This document shows positions 25,666-39,423 of a stretch of 64,000 nucleotides of DNA, piece after piece (within the stretch, counting starts at the first letter, position 1; each line of letters opens with the position of its first letter). The notes beneath the pieces were generated by a model that worked only from the letters and a program-made list of their open reading frames with translations, ran no database searches and was not told the DNA's origin. Location: positions 1,550,001 to 1,614,000 of the forward strand of contig OZ287079.1 in assembly GCA_965645245.1 (NCBI GenBank), in the 5' to 3' direction. The translations under genes were made by a program, and so were the position numbers. The stretch is from Massalongia carnosa. Its lineage: Eukaryota.

Positions 25666-26141
25666 TAACGTTAAGCACTTGAAATCGGGAATGCGGAGTG
25701 ACGTCACAAAGATCTAACATACCGCTAACCCGAATAAATAACTAACTTAGATAACGAGGTCAATTTCAAGCGGCACAAGTACTGTATTTCATAATGGCGA
25801 GTCTTTCTTTCTGATTTTGAACAGTCCTCAAGCTTTCGTTTAAAAAAGGTAGGTATAAATCCTTACAGCCAAATATTAAATACACTGGACCTTCGTCATT
25901 GAAAGTTTGAGAACTTCAAAATAATGATTTGATTTTTTTTCCATTTTGTCACCCGCGTAGTATTTAGTCCGAGTTAGCGCCACTCGCCACCCGTTACTCC
26001 ATGTCAACAGATGCCGTGCGTGAAGGGCATCATCAGTCCAGTCTTCTCGTCTCTAGATGGCGAATACCTACCTCTATGTGGCCACGGTTCATGGGAAAGT
26101 AGAGTAGTCCCTTCTTCGCTGCCCTTGGCCCAACTAAAAAC

Positions 26142-27898
26142 ATGGCGGTTGGTTTCGGGTTCTCGGTTGGGGATTTATTCACGAGCCTCAAACTCATCAA
26201 GGATTCGATAGAGGCGGTCAAGGATAGTAAGGGTGCATCTGCGGATTACGCAGCACTTATTACCGAAATTGATTGCCTCCGTGATGGGTTTGAAGCCATT
26301 GGAAGTCTCCAATTAGATCGTAAAGGCTCAGAGAAGCAAAAGACCGCTATAAACCGGGCCATCAGAGCATGCCAGAATTGCATCGATGACTTCCTGACGT
26401 CCATTTCGAAATATCAAGCACATCTGCATACGAACACTTCAGGGCTAGCATCGAATTACCGAAAGATTAAATGGGTGCTTTGCAGAAAGGATGATGTGGC
26501 GGCTTTCCGAGCCCAGCTTGAGAGGCATACATCCACCATCAATATGCTTCTAATTACATTTCAAGCAAGAGAACTTGTAGCTTCCAGGGACGGAGAGAAT
26601 ACCACGGACTTGGTCTCCATAGGTCGGGAAGATAACGAGAACTGCCCTACGTTGAATTTCCTTAAAGGTTTATCGGGCGAGCAGCGCCAATGCTTCGAAT
26701 TCCTGATGTATCAAAACAAGGAGCTGATGCGGAATGTGCAAGATCTGAATCGAATGCTTCGTATACAAATGACTATACCGCCGCAGGTTCTGTTGCAACA
26801 ACCAGTGATTCTCCTTGATGCCTTTGGCAAGATAGCGCCGTTTCACCTGGATTTTATCAATTCCCTGGAAACCTTTACCGCTGTGCTTAAGATACGTTTC
26901 CGGCAAGCTGGGGTGAAACAAGCTGGTCTATCAAAACTGGAGAATCAAGAATTCATCATTCAAGAAACCCGACGTAAAAAAGTTCTAGAATTGTCAAGAC
27001 CTTGGCCTTGTGTATTTCAACCTGGTCAAGAAGTCGATATGAGCATGGTGTTTCATCGCTTTGCTTGTCCTTCAAGTACTTGCCCAGGATGCTCGAACAT
27101 CAACGAAGGTGACGAAGAACAGACTCAATGGTATGGTATTGCTATTTTTGGCTACGAGCCGTCATCATCATGCTTTTGGCAATTTCATTGAATCGTTGTA
27201 CGAGGCCACTTCTACCCATTTGGTTCAATAAGAGTCTTGTATCTACAAGCATACTCAATCCAAACACTCATCCCTTTCGTTTTTTCTTTCTTTTCTTTTT
27301 GCCTTTGTGATTAGTTATTTATATGTACTAATTTCCGAAAAGTCCAAAGTGCGGACTTTGCTATCAGAATATCCAGGCAACCACGAAGTCTTCTGATCTC
27401 GAAGATCCACATCCTTTTCATCCCAAAAAACTCATGGATTTTCCAGGAAAAGGTTTCCAGTACGTGATTCAACGTCCTGGCATGAAGCCAGAAACCAAAA
27501 TCTTCTCTCCTACAGCTGATCCCGAAGACGAAAATTTTGATAGCTACCGGAGGGTCCAGGTGATCTCTCAACCATTCACCTTATTCCAAAGAAACCAATA
27601 CCCTCCCAAGCAACTAGAATCCTTCAATCACTTCATCCGGTTGTTCGATAGTTCAAAAGGCAATACTCTGCCTTTCTTGAATGAAATGAGGAGAATGCGC
27701 AGCCGGATTAACCAGCACATATTACACACTCGTAAAATGCCAGCTTTCTCGTCATTTTCTCGCATCAAGCAGTGGCAGAAAGAGATAGCAGAAGAATCCT
27801 CTGTTTTGGGGAAAGATGTAGAAAAGCTGTTCGATACCATGCGCAGCAACGATGAGAGTAACAAATTGGTGGAGCATCTTGCGAGAAGTATGAACTGA
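26142..27898 (+). CDS. Protein with fungal STAND N-terminal (SesA/HeLo-like) domain, ubiquitin-like domain and CxxC..CxxC zinc ribbon
   Basis: FGFSVGD start and ...YRKIKWVL...LERH helical domain; QQPVILLDAFGKIAPFHLDFINS...MSMVF ubiquitin-like segment. Intron 27131-27342 joins CPGC...TQ to CPKCGLCY and ORF 27434-27898. A further 3' exon is possible. Confidence 0.7.
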
Positions 27899-30313
27899 GT
27901 TATCTTAAAATCAAAGATGTCAACGAATCTAACGCCCAAATCTCAGATTCCCGCCCTAGTATCGTTCCAGGATATTATGCTACCCTTCTCGCGAATTCAC
28001 TAAAAGCCAATAAAATATTCGGTGCCGACAACGAAGCAGGTACGGCGAATGTTTCAAACGTTTTCGATGGGTCTCCCCAGAGACCTAGATCGAAGGAGCA
28101 GGTCCAATGGATGCTTCTAGATAGCAGACGTAGGTAATTATATCCGGGACGCCAATCGTCATCCACTTGATAAAATATAAGATTTTTCCCCAATATAGGT
28201 TATGAATGGGTAGTAATGAGATAGAGCTATCCCATGATCAGAATAGCGATTTCATGTCTAGCTCGTGCCAGCTAGGATCGAATTTCTCAGTCCAGCGCTA
28301 GATGCAGAAGCAGAAAGAATACTAGAATTCACGGATAGAATAATCCTGATGATTTGTTGACTGCAACGCACCAGAAACATATATGATAAGTACATGACGT
28401 TCACATTTTGTGCTTGGGTCACTTTGGTTTTTGTATCTGCAATCAACTAAAGTAAAAACAACTACTGAAACTATGATGCTTAGACAAGATCCAGCCAGAT
28501 CCTAGAGGGGAGAGCCTTGCAGATTGTTTGGTTGAGAATAGGATACCATACATCTATAATATCAGACACACCTTCTCATCGTATTTGAATTCCTACGGGT
28601 TCTCAAAATCCATGAGTTCAATCTAAATCGGCTGCGAGCAGTCCTTGCAACTAGCAAACAATCGACGATTCAAGTGCTGACATTTTCAAAGATTATCCAG
28701 CTCAAGATATTTTGACTTTAGTAGTGTAAGAGCTTTTGAGCTGCTTTGGGTTGACCTGAGAGAAATGTGTACTACAAGATATAATGCTTTGGGCACTAGG
28801 GGAGTATCCCGAAAAAGGCTAGTGAAATGTTCCCAATTCTTTGAAAATCTTTCGCAGACAAACGCAACCACTCCGAAAGCTTTTGTAAAGAGGCAGAGTT
28901 TAACTCGGCACATCAAGGACTTTGATAACAATTTCTTGCAAGAGTCGCCTATTTGATGGGGCTCTGAATCAAGGCATGCACCAGCAAGAATCGCTTGCGC
29001 TCCTTCATTTTTACTCTCACTCTAAAGAAACAACCAAACTTTGAAGCTTGATCCGAGAAATCCTCTTCTCTTAGAAAATGAGGCTTCCCTGCAGCAGGGT
29101 TGTTTCAGGATACATCTATCTGCTTAAAAATACAGATTCTGCCCGCAAATCCCATATGCACGAGTTGTATCCCTACATGAACCTATCTGCCTATGTTAAT
29201 TTGAAGAACATGTCTTTTAACGCTGGAAATATCAAGAAAGTACGAGTAACGCGAAGAGAATTCAGATTATCAGGGCGATGGAGTCATCGCAATAGCTCTT
29301 TCTTCTGTACGATCAAGCGCTCGTTGATTAATTGAAAATTGTACTTCTCAAGGACATCAGAACCAACTGATATCACACAGATATTTCCTTAAGCGCGTTC
29401 TGTTCTCTCTGTGATTGATTAAACTACATATCTTCCATCAACGACATTCTATCTTTCACCAGAAACACCCACATTACATGACTATCTTATAACCCGATAT
29501 TTGCACTTCCTATTTTAACACAAAATCACAAAGAAAGTATTATACGATGAAAGAAACCACATCGGTGTAAGGCCGAGGAGAAAAGAGGCGCTTTGATACA
29601 ACCATGAACGCTCCATTCGAGGATCAAGCAGGGAGTTTCCTGCGTGTTGGGACTCTACTGAATGTATTTGCTTTATACACGGTATACGGCTAACGACTGT
29701 TTGCGCTATGAACGACTACTAGAAGACTAAATTCAAGGCATCTTCCAACTCTACTGACCTGCTCTTTCTAACTAACTAACCAGTGACCTAATCGAATATT
29801 TTACACCCTCCAAGGCGATATGCAGAACGCTTTATTCAGGGCAAATCTTCCCGACTATATTCTCTTCCGCCGCCCCTATCCCCGCGGGGGGCCAGGGGAG
29901 CATGTGGGCAGTGCAGGGGCACAGCAGGTGGGAGCCTGAAATGGGGTTTCTTAGCCTTCGGCTTGAGCTGCCCTGGTCGTTTTTCAAGAACTCAAGGTAT
30001 TACTAACCCACTAGAGTTCGAGTACTTTAGCAAGGGCGGTACTGCGTTGTGGGGTTAAGAATACTTTACATCGTATACCGCATACCTATCTATATCATCG
30101 ATGTTCCCGGCAACTCGAGTAAAACTAGCAGAAAACCACTCTGCAAACGTGTCTACCAAATCAACATTCATAGCTAGGTAACACTGCCCTCCGACCAGCC
30201 CCAAACCAGCTCGGCAGCCTGATCACGACACTTTCCTACAATGCTATCTAAGACAGATCATAGACATATCCTTTAAGCTGGACCTGATTCAGCCTGACAC
30301 GATCAGCTTTACT

Positions 30314-32215
30314 ATGCTAGACCCTCTGAGCGCTATAGCAGCGCTTGGGGTTGCTGCGAATGTATTTCAATTGGTGGAGTACTCCCTCCAGATCGTATCA
30401 AAAGCCAGTCAGCTGCGCCAGAGCCTGGACGGATCCTTGCCAGAAAATCAACACAGGAAAGTCGTCACTGAGAAATTCTACATTCCTAGCGCCACCTTGT
30501 CTACCTTTCTAGAGGAATGCAAGAGCTCGGACAAGACCTTGAGCGAGGATGAGGAGCTATTTCTGCAAATTTCTCGGTCTTGCGAGGCGATTGCTAGCGA
30601 ATTGCTGGCGGAGCTGGATCGACTGAAAGTCAGCTTCAACAAACATGCCAAATTGAAAAGTTACAGGGCAGCTCTCAAGCTCGAGTGGGGCCCGCAGGGC
30701 AAGAAACGGCTAGACAGCCTGGCGAGTAGACTTGACAAGTATCGAGATCAGCTTAAAACAGTAGTGAAGATATCTATTTTGTAGGTTTGAATCCAATTGT
30801 TCTACTTCTCCCCTTATGATGGGAGGGTGGTGCTCAATCGCTCTACTGATTTAGCAATAGGAAGCGAATGCACATTTCTCAAACCCAAGTCGGAGGTATC
30901 GATCGGACAGCGCAGCGAATCCTGTAAGAGTTGCAAAACAGCTGCAGTATATCCGACGAACAATTCCGAGTCCTTCTCTCCCACGTTTGCACTCCTAAAA
31001 CTGTTCATAAGAGGAATCGACCAGGACACCGCGCTTATCAGATCTGCGTCCAAAGGCGATGCGAAAAATTTGCTCGATCTTTTACTTCGAGGTAATGCAT
31101 ATATAGAGGTAACCAACCGTGAAAAGTACACAGCAATCATGAGAGCTAGCGAGCACGGTCATCTTGAAGCCGTAGACTGCCTGATTGCACGAGGCGCGAA
31201 TCTTGAGGCTCAAGATGAAGGAGTTAGAAAGGCTTTAATGATTACAGCGGCAGCGGGCCATTTGTCAGTTGTCCGTCATTTTTTGGACAAGAATGCTAGA
31301 ATTGATCCCGTAGAACGCCGCACAATACACACAGCTCTAGTTGAAGCGCCACTGAACGAACATTGGGAGATTGCAGATCTACTCAATCACCGTGGCCAAA
31401 GCAATGGCATCATCGATCCTGCGTTACTTAAGACTTCTTCCGCGCTGCAAAGAACGGATAACCAAAGACTATCTCCTGGCTCATAGAAGCCGGCATTGAC
31501 ATTGACGAGCAGCAATCTGACGGCTCATGTGCATTGATGACTGCTAGCCACAACGGTCGTATCTCGGTCGTCGTGGTCCTCCTCAACGCAAAAGCATGCA
31601 CAGAGACTCGTGATGACGGTGGCTTCACGGCTCTCAACCATGCCGCTATGAAGGGTCACTCTGTCATCGTCTCTGCGCTCCTAGATGCCGGCGCCAACCC
31701 TAATGCCATGAATAAGTGGGGATGGGGCTGTTTGGCAGAGGCTACCAATTACGGATGGCATAGCATAATTGATCCGCTCGTCTCAAAGGGCGCCTATCTT
31801 GAGACAAGAGACGAGGGAAGGTACACACCTATATGTAAAGCTGCGCAGCAGTCCCGAACCACCGAAGTCGAGTTGCTGCTGAAGTATGGCGCAAATACCG
31901 CAGCTCAGAACCGAGACGGCTGGACCGCGCTGGCTGAGGCTTCTTTCGATGATCGAGCCGAGATTGTCCGATCACTATTGGAAAAGGGAGCCAGCACTGA
32001 AATATCAGGCCAAATATTTTGAAAAGACTGGTGGGAGAGGATGGACGCCGCTGATGCGAGCGACGCATCGGGGACATTTAGAAGTTGTCAGGTCGCTTGC
32101 TGATGCTAGAGCTAATCCGAATGCTAGGATAACAGAAGGAAGAACAGCCTTACAGATTATTGAGAATCGGAAAGACCAGGTGTACGGGTATCTGCAGCAG
32201 GCGGGAGCGAATTAA
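30314..32215 (+). pseudogene. HeLo-like/STAND N-terminal domain fused to many ankyrin repeats; probably disrupted
   Basis: MLDPLSAIAALGVAANVFQLVEY N-terminus, two predicted introns, then repeated ankyrin motifs (TAIMRASEHGH, GFTALNHAAMKGH, GWTALAEA, GWTPLMRATHRGH). Frame breaks near 31430-31460 and 32015. Confidence 0.75.
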
Positions 32216-33041
32216 GAACTGTCATGTTGACATAGGTGAAATATACATCGTGTCAATCGCTTGATCCACCACGAGCGGAGAGGTATACATCGAATGCCCA
32301 ATATTATATCATATCGGAGCGTTAAAGGCACGGATTCTCTTGTCGGCATTAGATTATTATGCCGTCGAGCCTACACTATATCTGTTCTTGGCCAGACAGA
32401 TACCGCTAGTCTAATCTAACTCCCAGGATGGACGTGCTGCAGACTTAAATTTTGAAAAATAAAGGCAAGGTGGTAGGCAAATACTTAGAAGGAATAGATT
32501 CATGTTTACTTATTCACCCACCGCATCGGAAAACTCGATCGCATTAGGATGGTTGACCGCATCAGTACGCCTAGGAAACAGGAGAGCTTTAAGCAGCTCA
32601 GATCTTCCAGTTTCGCGTGCTAGGCCACTACTAAATTCTACAACCAAGGCATTCGTGTTGGTAGGGAAAGTGGGCTTGGATGCTCACGGAATGAGGAAGG
32701 GGGATAAGATTCAGGGTCCCAGTGCTATAAGAGTGTGAGGGCAGATGACTTCTGCTTTTCGCGGGCGGACTCCACGCCTTTTTCTGTATCTGCTGTTACA
32801 GCCCTCCTTCGTTCTGAAAACTGAGCTGTTTTCTCTGTATTCTTTTCACGGGCACATATTCTCGTGATCTGTCGGTGAAGCATATAACGTATATGTGAGA
32901 TCGATCGACGATAAGAGCGACGTATTGAAAAGAGCGGAGTGAGGACAGTCACGTCTCAGCCAATTATCGACAAGAAGATAAACGATAAGAAGATATCATT
33001 CGATGTGGAACGCGCGTCGCTCAGTTCGTTCAGGAAGGGGG

Positions 33042-34358
33042 CACGCCCCTGAAAAAAAAACTGGCAACGTGTAGGCGACTTTACCCCATTAAAATTCCCC
33101 CCTTTTCATCAACCATCGACACCAACATGCCTCGTAAGCAACGTGCAACTCACTACGATACTCCCATTCGAGCTAAACTTCAAGGAATTCATGAATATCT
33201 TCTTGATGAAGGCATCGTACATGATCCACGAAATCTTTTCAAGAAGTATGACGTTTCGGAACGAGCTGGCTACAGAATTATTCGCAAAGGAGCTTCGACA
33301 CGTACTCGTCATCATACAGAGCTTATAGAAACGCGAGGAAGACGATCAAAAATCACAGGTGAGCAAGTACGAGAGGCTGATCGGCTGCTTCAGGAAGATG
33401 AGCTACAACTCGAAGGAAAACGCTTGACATGGGAACAAGTTGCGATGGAAGTTGGAGCAGATGTTGTGGGTCGTACAATGCATAACGTGCTACGTGCTGC
33501 ATTGAATTACGAGAAATGTCTAGCCTGCGTCAAAGGATGGCTGGCCGACCCTCCTATGCAAAAACGGGTGGAATACGCTCATATAATGCTGGCCAAATAT
33601 CCTAAACCAGAAGATTGGTATCGAGTACGATTTAGTGACGAAGTTCATTTCTCCTACGGGCCCGAGGGCAAATTACGCATCATACGTCAGCCAGGCACAC
33701 GCTATAGATGGGATTGTATACAACATCGTGATGCGCCAGCGGAGAAAGATCGAAAGAGACTGCATTGTTGGGCGGCTGTAGGCTACAACTTCAAGTCGGA
33801 TATTATATTCTATGAAGTGCCGGGCAACAGCAATGGCAAGATGACGCATCAAGTATACATTAACTCAATACTTGAGCCCGTTGTCAAGCCGTGGCTAGAG
33901 CGAGGGGATGGTTTTGTGCTCGAAGAAGATGGTGATTCCGGGCATGGCACAGGCAGGACGAGAAACGCAGTCAAGAAATGGAAGGAGGATCATCGTTTAG
34001 AGCATTATTTCAACTGCTCTTCTTCACCTGATTTGGCTCCTATTGAAAACAGCTGGCAGCCCACAAAGCAGCATATTTAAAAAGTATCCTCATTGGGACG
34101 AAGCGAGCTTAAAAGCATTGATTTGTGAGGGCTGGGCGACAGTCAGTCAGGAGTTTATTAATGAGAGAGTACGATCAATGCCTCAACGGCTAAAGGACGT
34201 CATCTCAGCTGAGGGGGCCATGACTGGTCATTAATTTGATGTAAATAGCTTTCAATTGACTGGTTATCGCAATGTAAAGGTGAAATGTTGATAAAAAGGG
34301 GTAAAATTTAGTGGGGTAAGCTCGCTTACACGTTGCCAGTTTTTTTTTCAAGGGCGTG
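33042..34358 (+). mobile_element. Tc1/mariner-like element (DD38E spacing)
   Basis: About 50-bp imperfect TIRs starting cacgccc(c/t)tgaaaaaaaaactggcaacgtgta at 33042 and ending 34358. Flanked by GGGGG on each side rather than TA. Confidence 0.92.
33127..34234 (+). pseudogene. Tc1-like transposase with one frameshift near the C-terminus
   Basis: FSDEVHF, LEEDGDSGHG and SPDLAPIE motifs, with 38 residues between the second D and E. A frameshift near 34075 separates KKYPHWD...SMPQRLKDVISAEGAMTGH. Confidence 0.9.
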
Positions 34359-34517
34359 GGGGGATATCTTGTCGCTGGAGAATACGGATTCGACTTTGAA
34401 TGCGAAGATATATTTGATTAATGATGTAAGCGCGGCGTATTATGCTGTCTTTGCAGAACAGTCGAAGGATTTTTAAGCTTGCAATTAAAGGAGCAGATGC
34501 TGATATATGATTCCAGT

Positions 34518-35395
34518 AGACGATCGATGAGATTAGCTAGACGATGGAAGCTGTTTTGCCTGCATAGCTTTGGGTTAATATCCCCTTTTTTGTCGTGATT
34601 TTTGTGTTGTTTTCGATCCTGTCCCAAATCATAATCAAGATAAGGCAGCATTGCTGTCAACACTTTCAAGGAAATCCACAAAGTCTTATCTGCTGGAGCT
34701 AGCGGATATAAATTCTTGCTACGCCTGTCGACTCCCCGATCCTTCTTATCCAATCCATCATCGCAACCCAAACCGCTCTCGAATTCGACCCTTCTTATCC
34801 AACAGGTTCTCATTATCGCCGTTTACATTGGCATGCTGACACGCATCCTTTTCCGGGGTCTCTCCGACGACATTATCGGCCACAAACTCGCCTTTAATTG
34901 GTCACTCATGATCTGCAACGTCTTCACTATCGTCGCTGGCGCTTCCCTTTGCTGGATCGTCCTCGGCCTTTTCGTCTGTCTCTTTGCTTTTGGCGGCGGC
35001 AGAAACCTTGTCCTTGATTACTGCTATCTTTTTGGAGTTCCTCCCGTCAAAGGATCAATAGCTCCTGACTCTTCTTGCCGCGTACTAGGGCTTAGGGCAG
35101 TTAGTAACGGGTCTTTTTCGCGTGGACAGTTTTGCCGAATTATAGCTGCGCGGATTCGGCTTCGTGCATGTATGCCAACCACAAAGCATGGTGATATGTG
35201 TGATATGCCTCCGGCGGGCTTGGGTTTATGATATCGATCCTGCGAATCACGGTCATCAAGCTCCGCGAAACGCCCAAATTCCTGATTAGCGAAGGTTGCA
35301 ATACCGAAGCGGTCGAAACTCTGTAGTTCATTGCGACTGAACACAATCACCCTTGGCTCGTTGACTTTGGAGCGACTCTCTGCATGCGATGTCAC
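34518..35395 (+). pseudogene. Decayed MFS transporter (SV2/sugar transporter-like) N-terminal half
   Basis: Across frames: TIDEI..WKLFCL, AVYIGML, LSDDIIGHKLAFN, GGGRNLVLD.AIFLEFLP, LRETPKFL. Many stops and frameshifts. Confidence 0.75.
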
Positions 35396-36402
35396 GGGTT
35401 AAGGTCGCCTTTTTGCAGATCGCAACCAATGAAATCTCCTCCTAGATGCTGATATCCATCTCAAGGAATTGAACGCGACAAGAAGGACTGATCTTTCGAC
35501 ATCTTTGATCTGGTTGTCGGACACGTCAGGGGGGGTTTCTTGTCCTTAATAGGCCGACGTTTCCAACCAGCGCCAAACTCTATCCGTTTCTGAAGCATAG
35601 CATACGTAGACGGTTCCTTCTTATTGACATAGCAACCGCGTAAAATCCCTTTAATAAAGCGTTTTGCCGTTTTCCTATCCCAAAAAGTAGCCTTGGAGTT
35701 TCTTTTCTCGTACCTGTTTCACGGAGACGAGACTGGTGAGAATTTTGTAATATTTCGTAGTAGCAAAGCAAAGGAAAATATAAAGATTCACTTATCCCAA
35801 AGGACCAATGTCCGGTTTGAATCAGTCTCGGTATTAAATTGGAAATGCTTGAAGATCTTATCATTGCTTATATTTTGAGTTTTGCGTTTCCGCATCGTCG
35901 AAGAACTGCGCAGTATGTAAATCCTCAACGTGTTTCGTCATTGGAAACAAGACAAAAGCGGGAATTATAGCTAGACAGAAATGCCCTGGCCATTGAAACG
36001 TATACGGCGAATAGAGAAAACCAAAAACAACATGTAAAGTAAATGCCAGATAAGGACGCAAGGAACATTATACTTTAATATATCGATGAGTTTTCGTTAG
36101 CAGAAGATAAAATGGTAGGTCATTAATAATCGACTTCATTTCGATCAGCGTCTAATACAAGTTGAGTTGGAGGCTTGTGTTTAACTTGTAAAGACGTATT
36201 AACGACTACGAGCTGCGAGGGTGTGGGAAAGTACTTAGGGAGGTAGTAGATAAATGAAACAGTCTTTAGAGCGTTTAATCAGTCAGTCAGGGATCTCGTG
36301 TTGGCTTCAGTTCGGATATCTTTCCCCCATCTTTACACCCGATACCAAGAAAACCTTCCCAACTTTTCCCTAATCTCTATTCTCACGAACTCAAGCCAGC
36401 AG

Positions 36403-36458
36403 GAGAGAGAGAGAGAGAGAGAGAGAGTGTGTGTGTGTGTGTGTGTGTGTGTTTGTGT
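36403..36458. repeat. Compound microsatellite (GA)n(GT)n
   Basis: Directly visible. Confidence 0.95.
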
Positions 36459-37814
36459 GATAAACCCCCCTTTCTTTCTTCCTCTCGTCTCCTCACCTCA
36501 CCTCTTCTCTTCCCTTCCTTTCTCTCCTCTTCCACCAACCCCCGTCTATCCTCGGACGACTATCAGCCATCATCACCATCAAGTTCCCCTTATCTCGTAC
36601 CGGTTTTAGTCAACCCCCACCCCAAAAAGATCTCATCACCTCAAGAATCCCCCTCCAACCAAATGTCGAAATCCAGAAGAAGAGAGTTAAGAACATCATG
36701 AAGGGGATCACGCTTCTGAAATGAAGGCTGCTCCAAATGTATGAGACGAGACGCTTGGAGTCTGATTATGCACAAGGGATAGGAGAGGATGAACTTTCTC
36801 GAAATGACTACACACATACATACCTATCCACCTACCGTAGCTATCGATGTATAATTACGTGCTCTAACTAGCGCGGCGGCTGAAAAAGCGTTGAGATAAC
36901 CGTGCTCTCTACTTCTTTATTATAAGACTAGCAGTTTGTCTTTTTTTCGGGGGTAAGATGGCTATCGTTTTTTAAAGATCTCTCCGATACCCGATACTCA
37001 ATACCCCACATCAATCAAAGGAAATGAAACGAAGCGGGTACCTTGACAGAAGAAGAAGAGGGTCTTTTCCGGTGACGGTTGATATGTGGTTATCCTATGT
37101 AATAGACTCTGAAAGAGATAGAATGCCTTCTGGATCTGAGAATCGGAATAACAAGGGTAGGGTTCCGGGAGCCTTTTTCTGGGGTTCGTCGTTGATTCTT
37201 TCTCGGTGAATGGGACGTAGTAAACGTACTAGCTTGCGGGGGCTAGTGATGTCGTCGCCGTGACGGCCGGCACTCGGGTGTCAGCGGGAAAGGGCTGGAT
37301 GCTAGCAAGGAAGTGGATATTCTTCTCCGCTTCTTTTCTTCTTTCTTCCTCATCAACAACTCATCATAAATCATGTGGCTACATAGCTGCCGCATAAATA
37401 AATTAAGATATGTCTTGATTTTAGCTTTGATAGCGTTTATGAATCATGTAATTTATTCGATTCGTTCTCGTATTCATGCGCGAACGATGCACGAACGGTG
37501 TCATGTCACATTCAGGACTTTGCCAGATTAGCAATAGGTATACTAGCTTAAGTTAGTTGCTGTGAGCTTCTCATCTCTTCGACGGGGAATAAGGTTTTTT
37601 CTATTTCTCGTCATCGATGATCACCGCAGTGGAAGCATCCTTATTCCATCTACAGTCTGCGTTTTAATACATCTGCTCGTAAAACTGGATTTTTTGGAAC
37701 AACACTGCGCTGTGCTCTTCGGATCCGTTACTTTAGCTAGATATTTCCAAATATTTCTAGGCTGGCCGTTGGGTCAGGTTTCGGACCGAACTCGATGTCC
37801 GACTCGCCAATCGT

Positions 37815-37902
37815 AACACGGGAAGCTTTTGGTATGGTACTTGTGCCGTGTGAAATATGAATTTCACACGGCACGAGTACTATACCAGAAGCTTCCCGTG
37901 TT
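37815..37902. repeat. Long inverted repeat: 42-bp arms, 4-nt loop
   Basis: 37815-37856 versus 37861-37902, 3 mismatches. Confidence 0.95.
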
Positions 37903-38584
37903 CTAGCCTTGGAGAATATGCTTGGTCATAAAGTTAAGTAGATGGTTATTGATGACTCACATGTAGACTCTGCACTAGGTATTCAACTCCCGTTGGACCG
38001 TTCACGCATATTTTTTCGTTGGGAGTTGATCCATCCACCACAATTGCGGAAGTATGCCAAGCTCGACTTTCATTTCTTCTCGTTTTTGGAGCGCTCGCCA
38101 TGAGTTGCCGTTGCAGAGGCACGGGCCACTGTGAGTCGTCAACGAACCAAGTCGCTTGAATGTGGAGAAGATCGTTTCCATTGGAGAAAAGAACTGGCTG
38201 TTTTAACTGTATGAGCATTGGTTGTATTGGTGAGATTTCTTCTTCGTGGACCTTGTTGGGCCCGTCCGCATGGTCTCCAATCTCGTGTTTCAGATCTGAG
38301 CGATCATAGTCTCAAAGATGCCAGGCCCGGTAAGAAAGCGCATCCGGCTTGAGAATGTGTGTTTTCCCCAGCCTCTTTCTCCATCTACGGTGAATCCGTA
38401 CAATGTTTCACACTTGGCTGTGGCATGAGACCAAATTCCGCGCTCCATCACAAGCGGCCTTCCCGCGTGGATACTGACGCTAAATAACATACTTTATAGG
38501 GAGCATCTCTAGCAGCAACTGCTACGCTTTGAAGCAAATCACTTTCTAGCGCAATAGAAACTCCTCAAAACCTGCATTCTTGGA

Positions 38585-39423
38585 ATGAAGCATTTCGCAT
38601 CACTCATGTGCGTTGCCTGCGTTACATGCACACGCGCGGTTCATGCAATCACGGTTGTAAGTATGCGTCCGCCTTGCTCCATCGACGCTTTCATTCAAGG
38701 GTCTGACTCCGAGATGCAACCTACAAGCACGTGGATCCAGGCAACGGCTGCATCAACGCCGTCAACGAACAACTTGTCGACCCGGTCTGCGCCGACCTTG
38801 ATCCGGCCAAAGCGTAAACGCAGACTGGGGCCATAGCGACCAACAATCGTCTGCTCAACAAAATCATCATCCAAGCTGAATTCCCAGGCGACCCACAGCC
38901 AGAACGGGCGCGTCCTAAATGCATCCTAGAAATTGTTTATTCGATCACCATAAGTGATCTGATGTACCGCCGAGGCTGCGTGCTGGAGCAGGAGAGTCGA
39001 AGTAGGTTCTTCAATGCGAGTTCATGTTAGCAGCTTCCTCGTAGTTGACAATTTGCAAACAATGAAGCGGTGCTTGGCTGCTGCGCCGGCAAAGATAAAC
39101 CTGCCACCCAAGACTATCCCAATCCCTATCACCTTGCGCGCTTTCCAAAGCCATTGAGCGAACTTCCTCTGGGAAACGAGGATCGACCCATTGTGGCAAG
39201 TAACAGCGACGACGTGGTCTCGTGGGACAACCCTACCGTCGATCCGAGCGCTGACGATACGTTTCTGAATATGCAAGCGCTGGGTATCGTGCAGCCCAGC
39301 GGCGAGATCGGTGGTAGTAGCGAGGGTCCCTTTGTGCTGATTGATGGCCCTGGGCTGTTGGCCGGAAACGCTGGGGATTCCATCAGTTATGATGATTCCC
39401 TTGCCGGCTTTGGTACCAGATAA
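38585..39423 (+). pseudogene. Possible small secreted Cys-containing protein, apparently disrupted
   Basis: Signal-like MKHFASLMCVACVTCTRAVHA, donor gtaagt at 38657, exon HVDPGNGCIN... with in-frame TAA at 38815, and last ORF 39070-39423. Exon structure uncertain. Confidence 0.35.

Noticed and set aside
37815..37906. Helitron 3' end (hairpin followed by CTAG)
   Set aside because: The stem is far longer than a Helitron hairpin and abuts the CTAG with no spacer; no Rep/helicase remnant seen.
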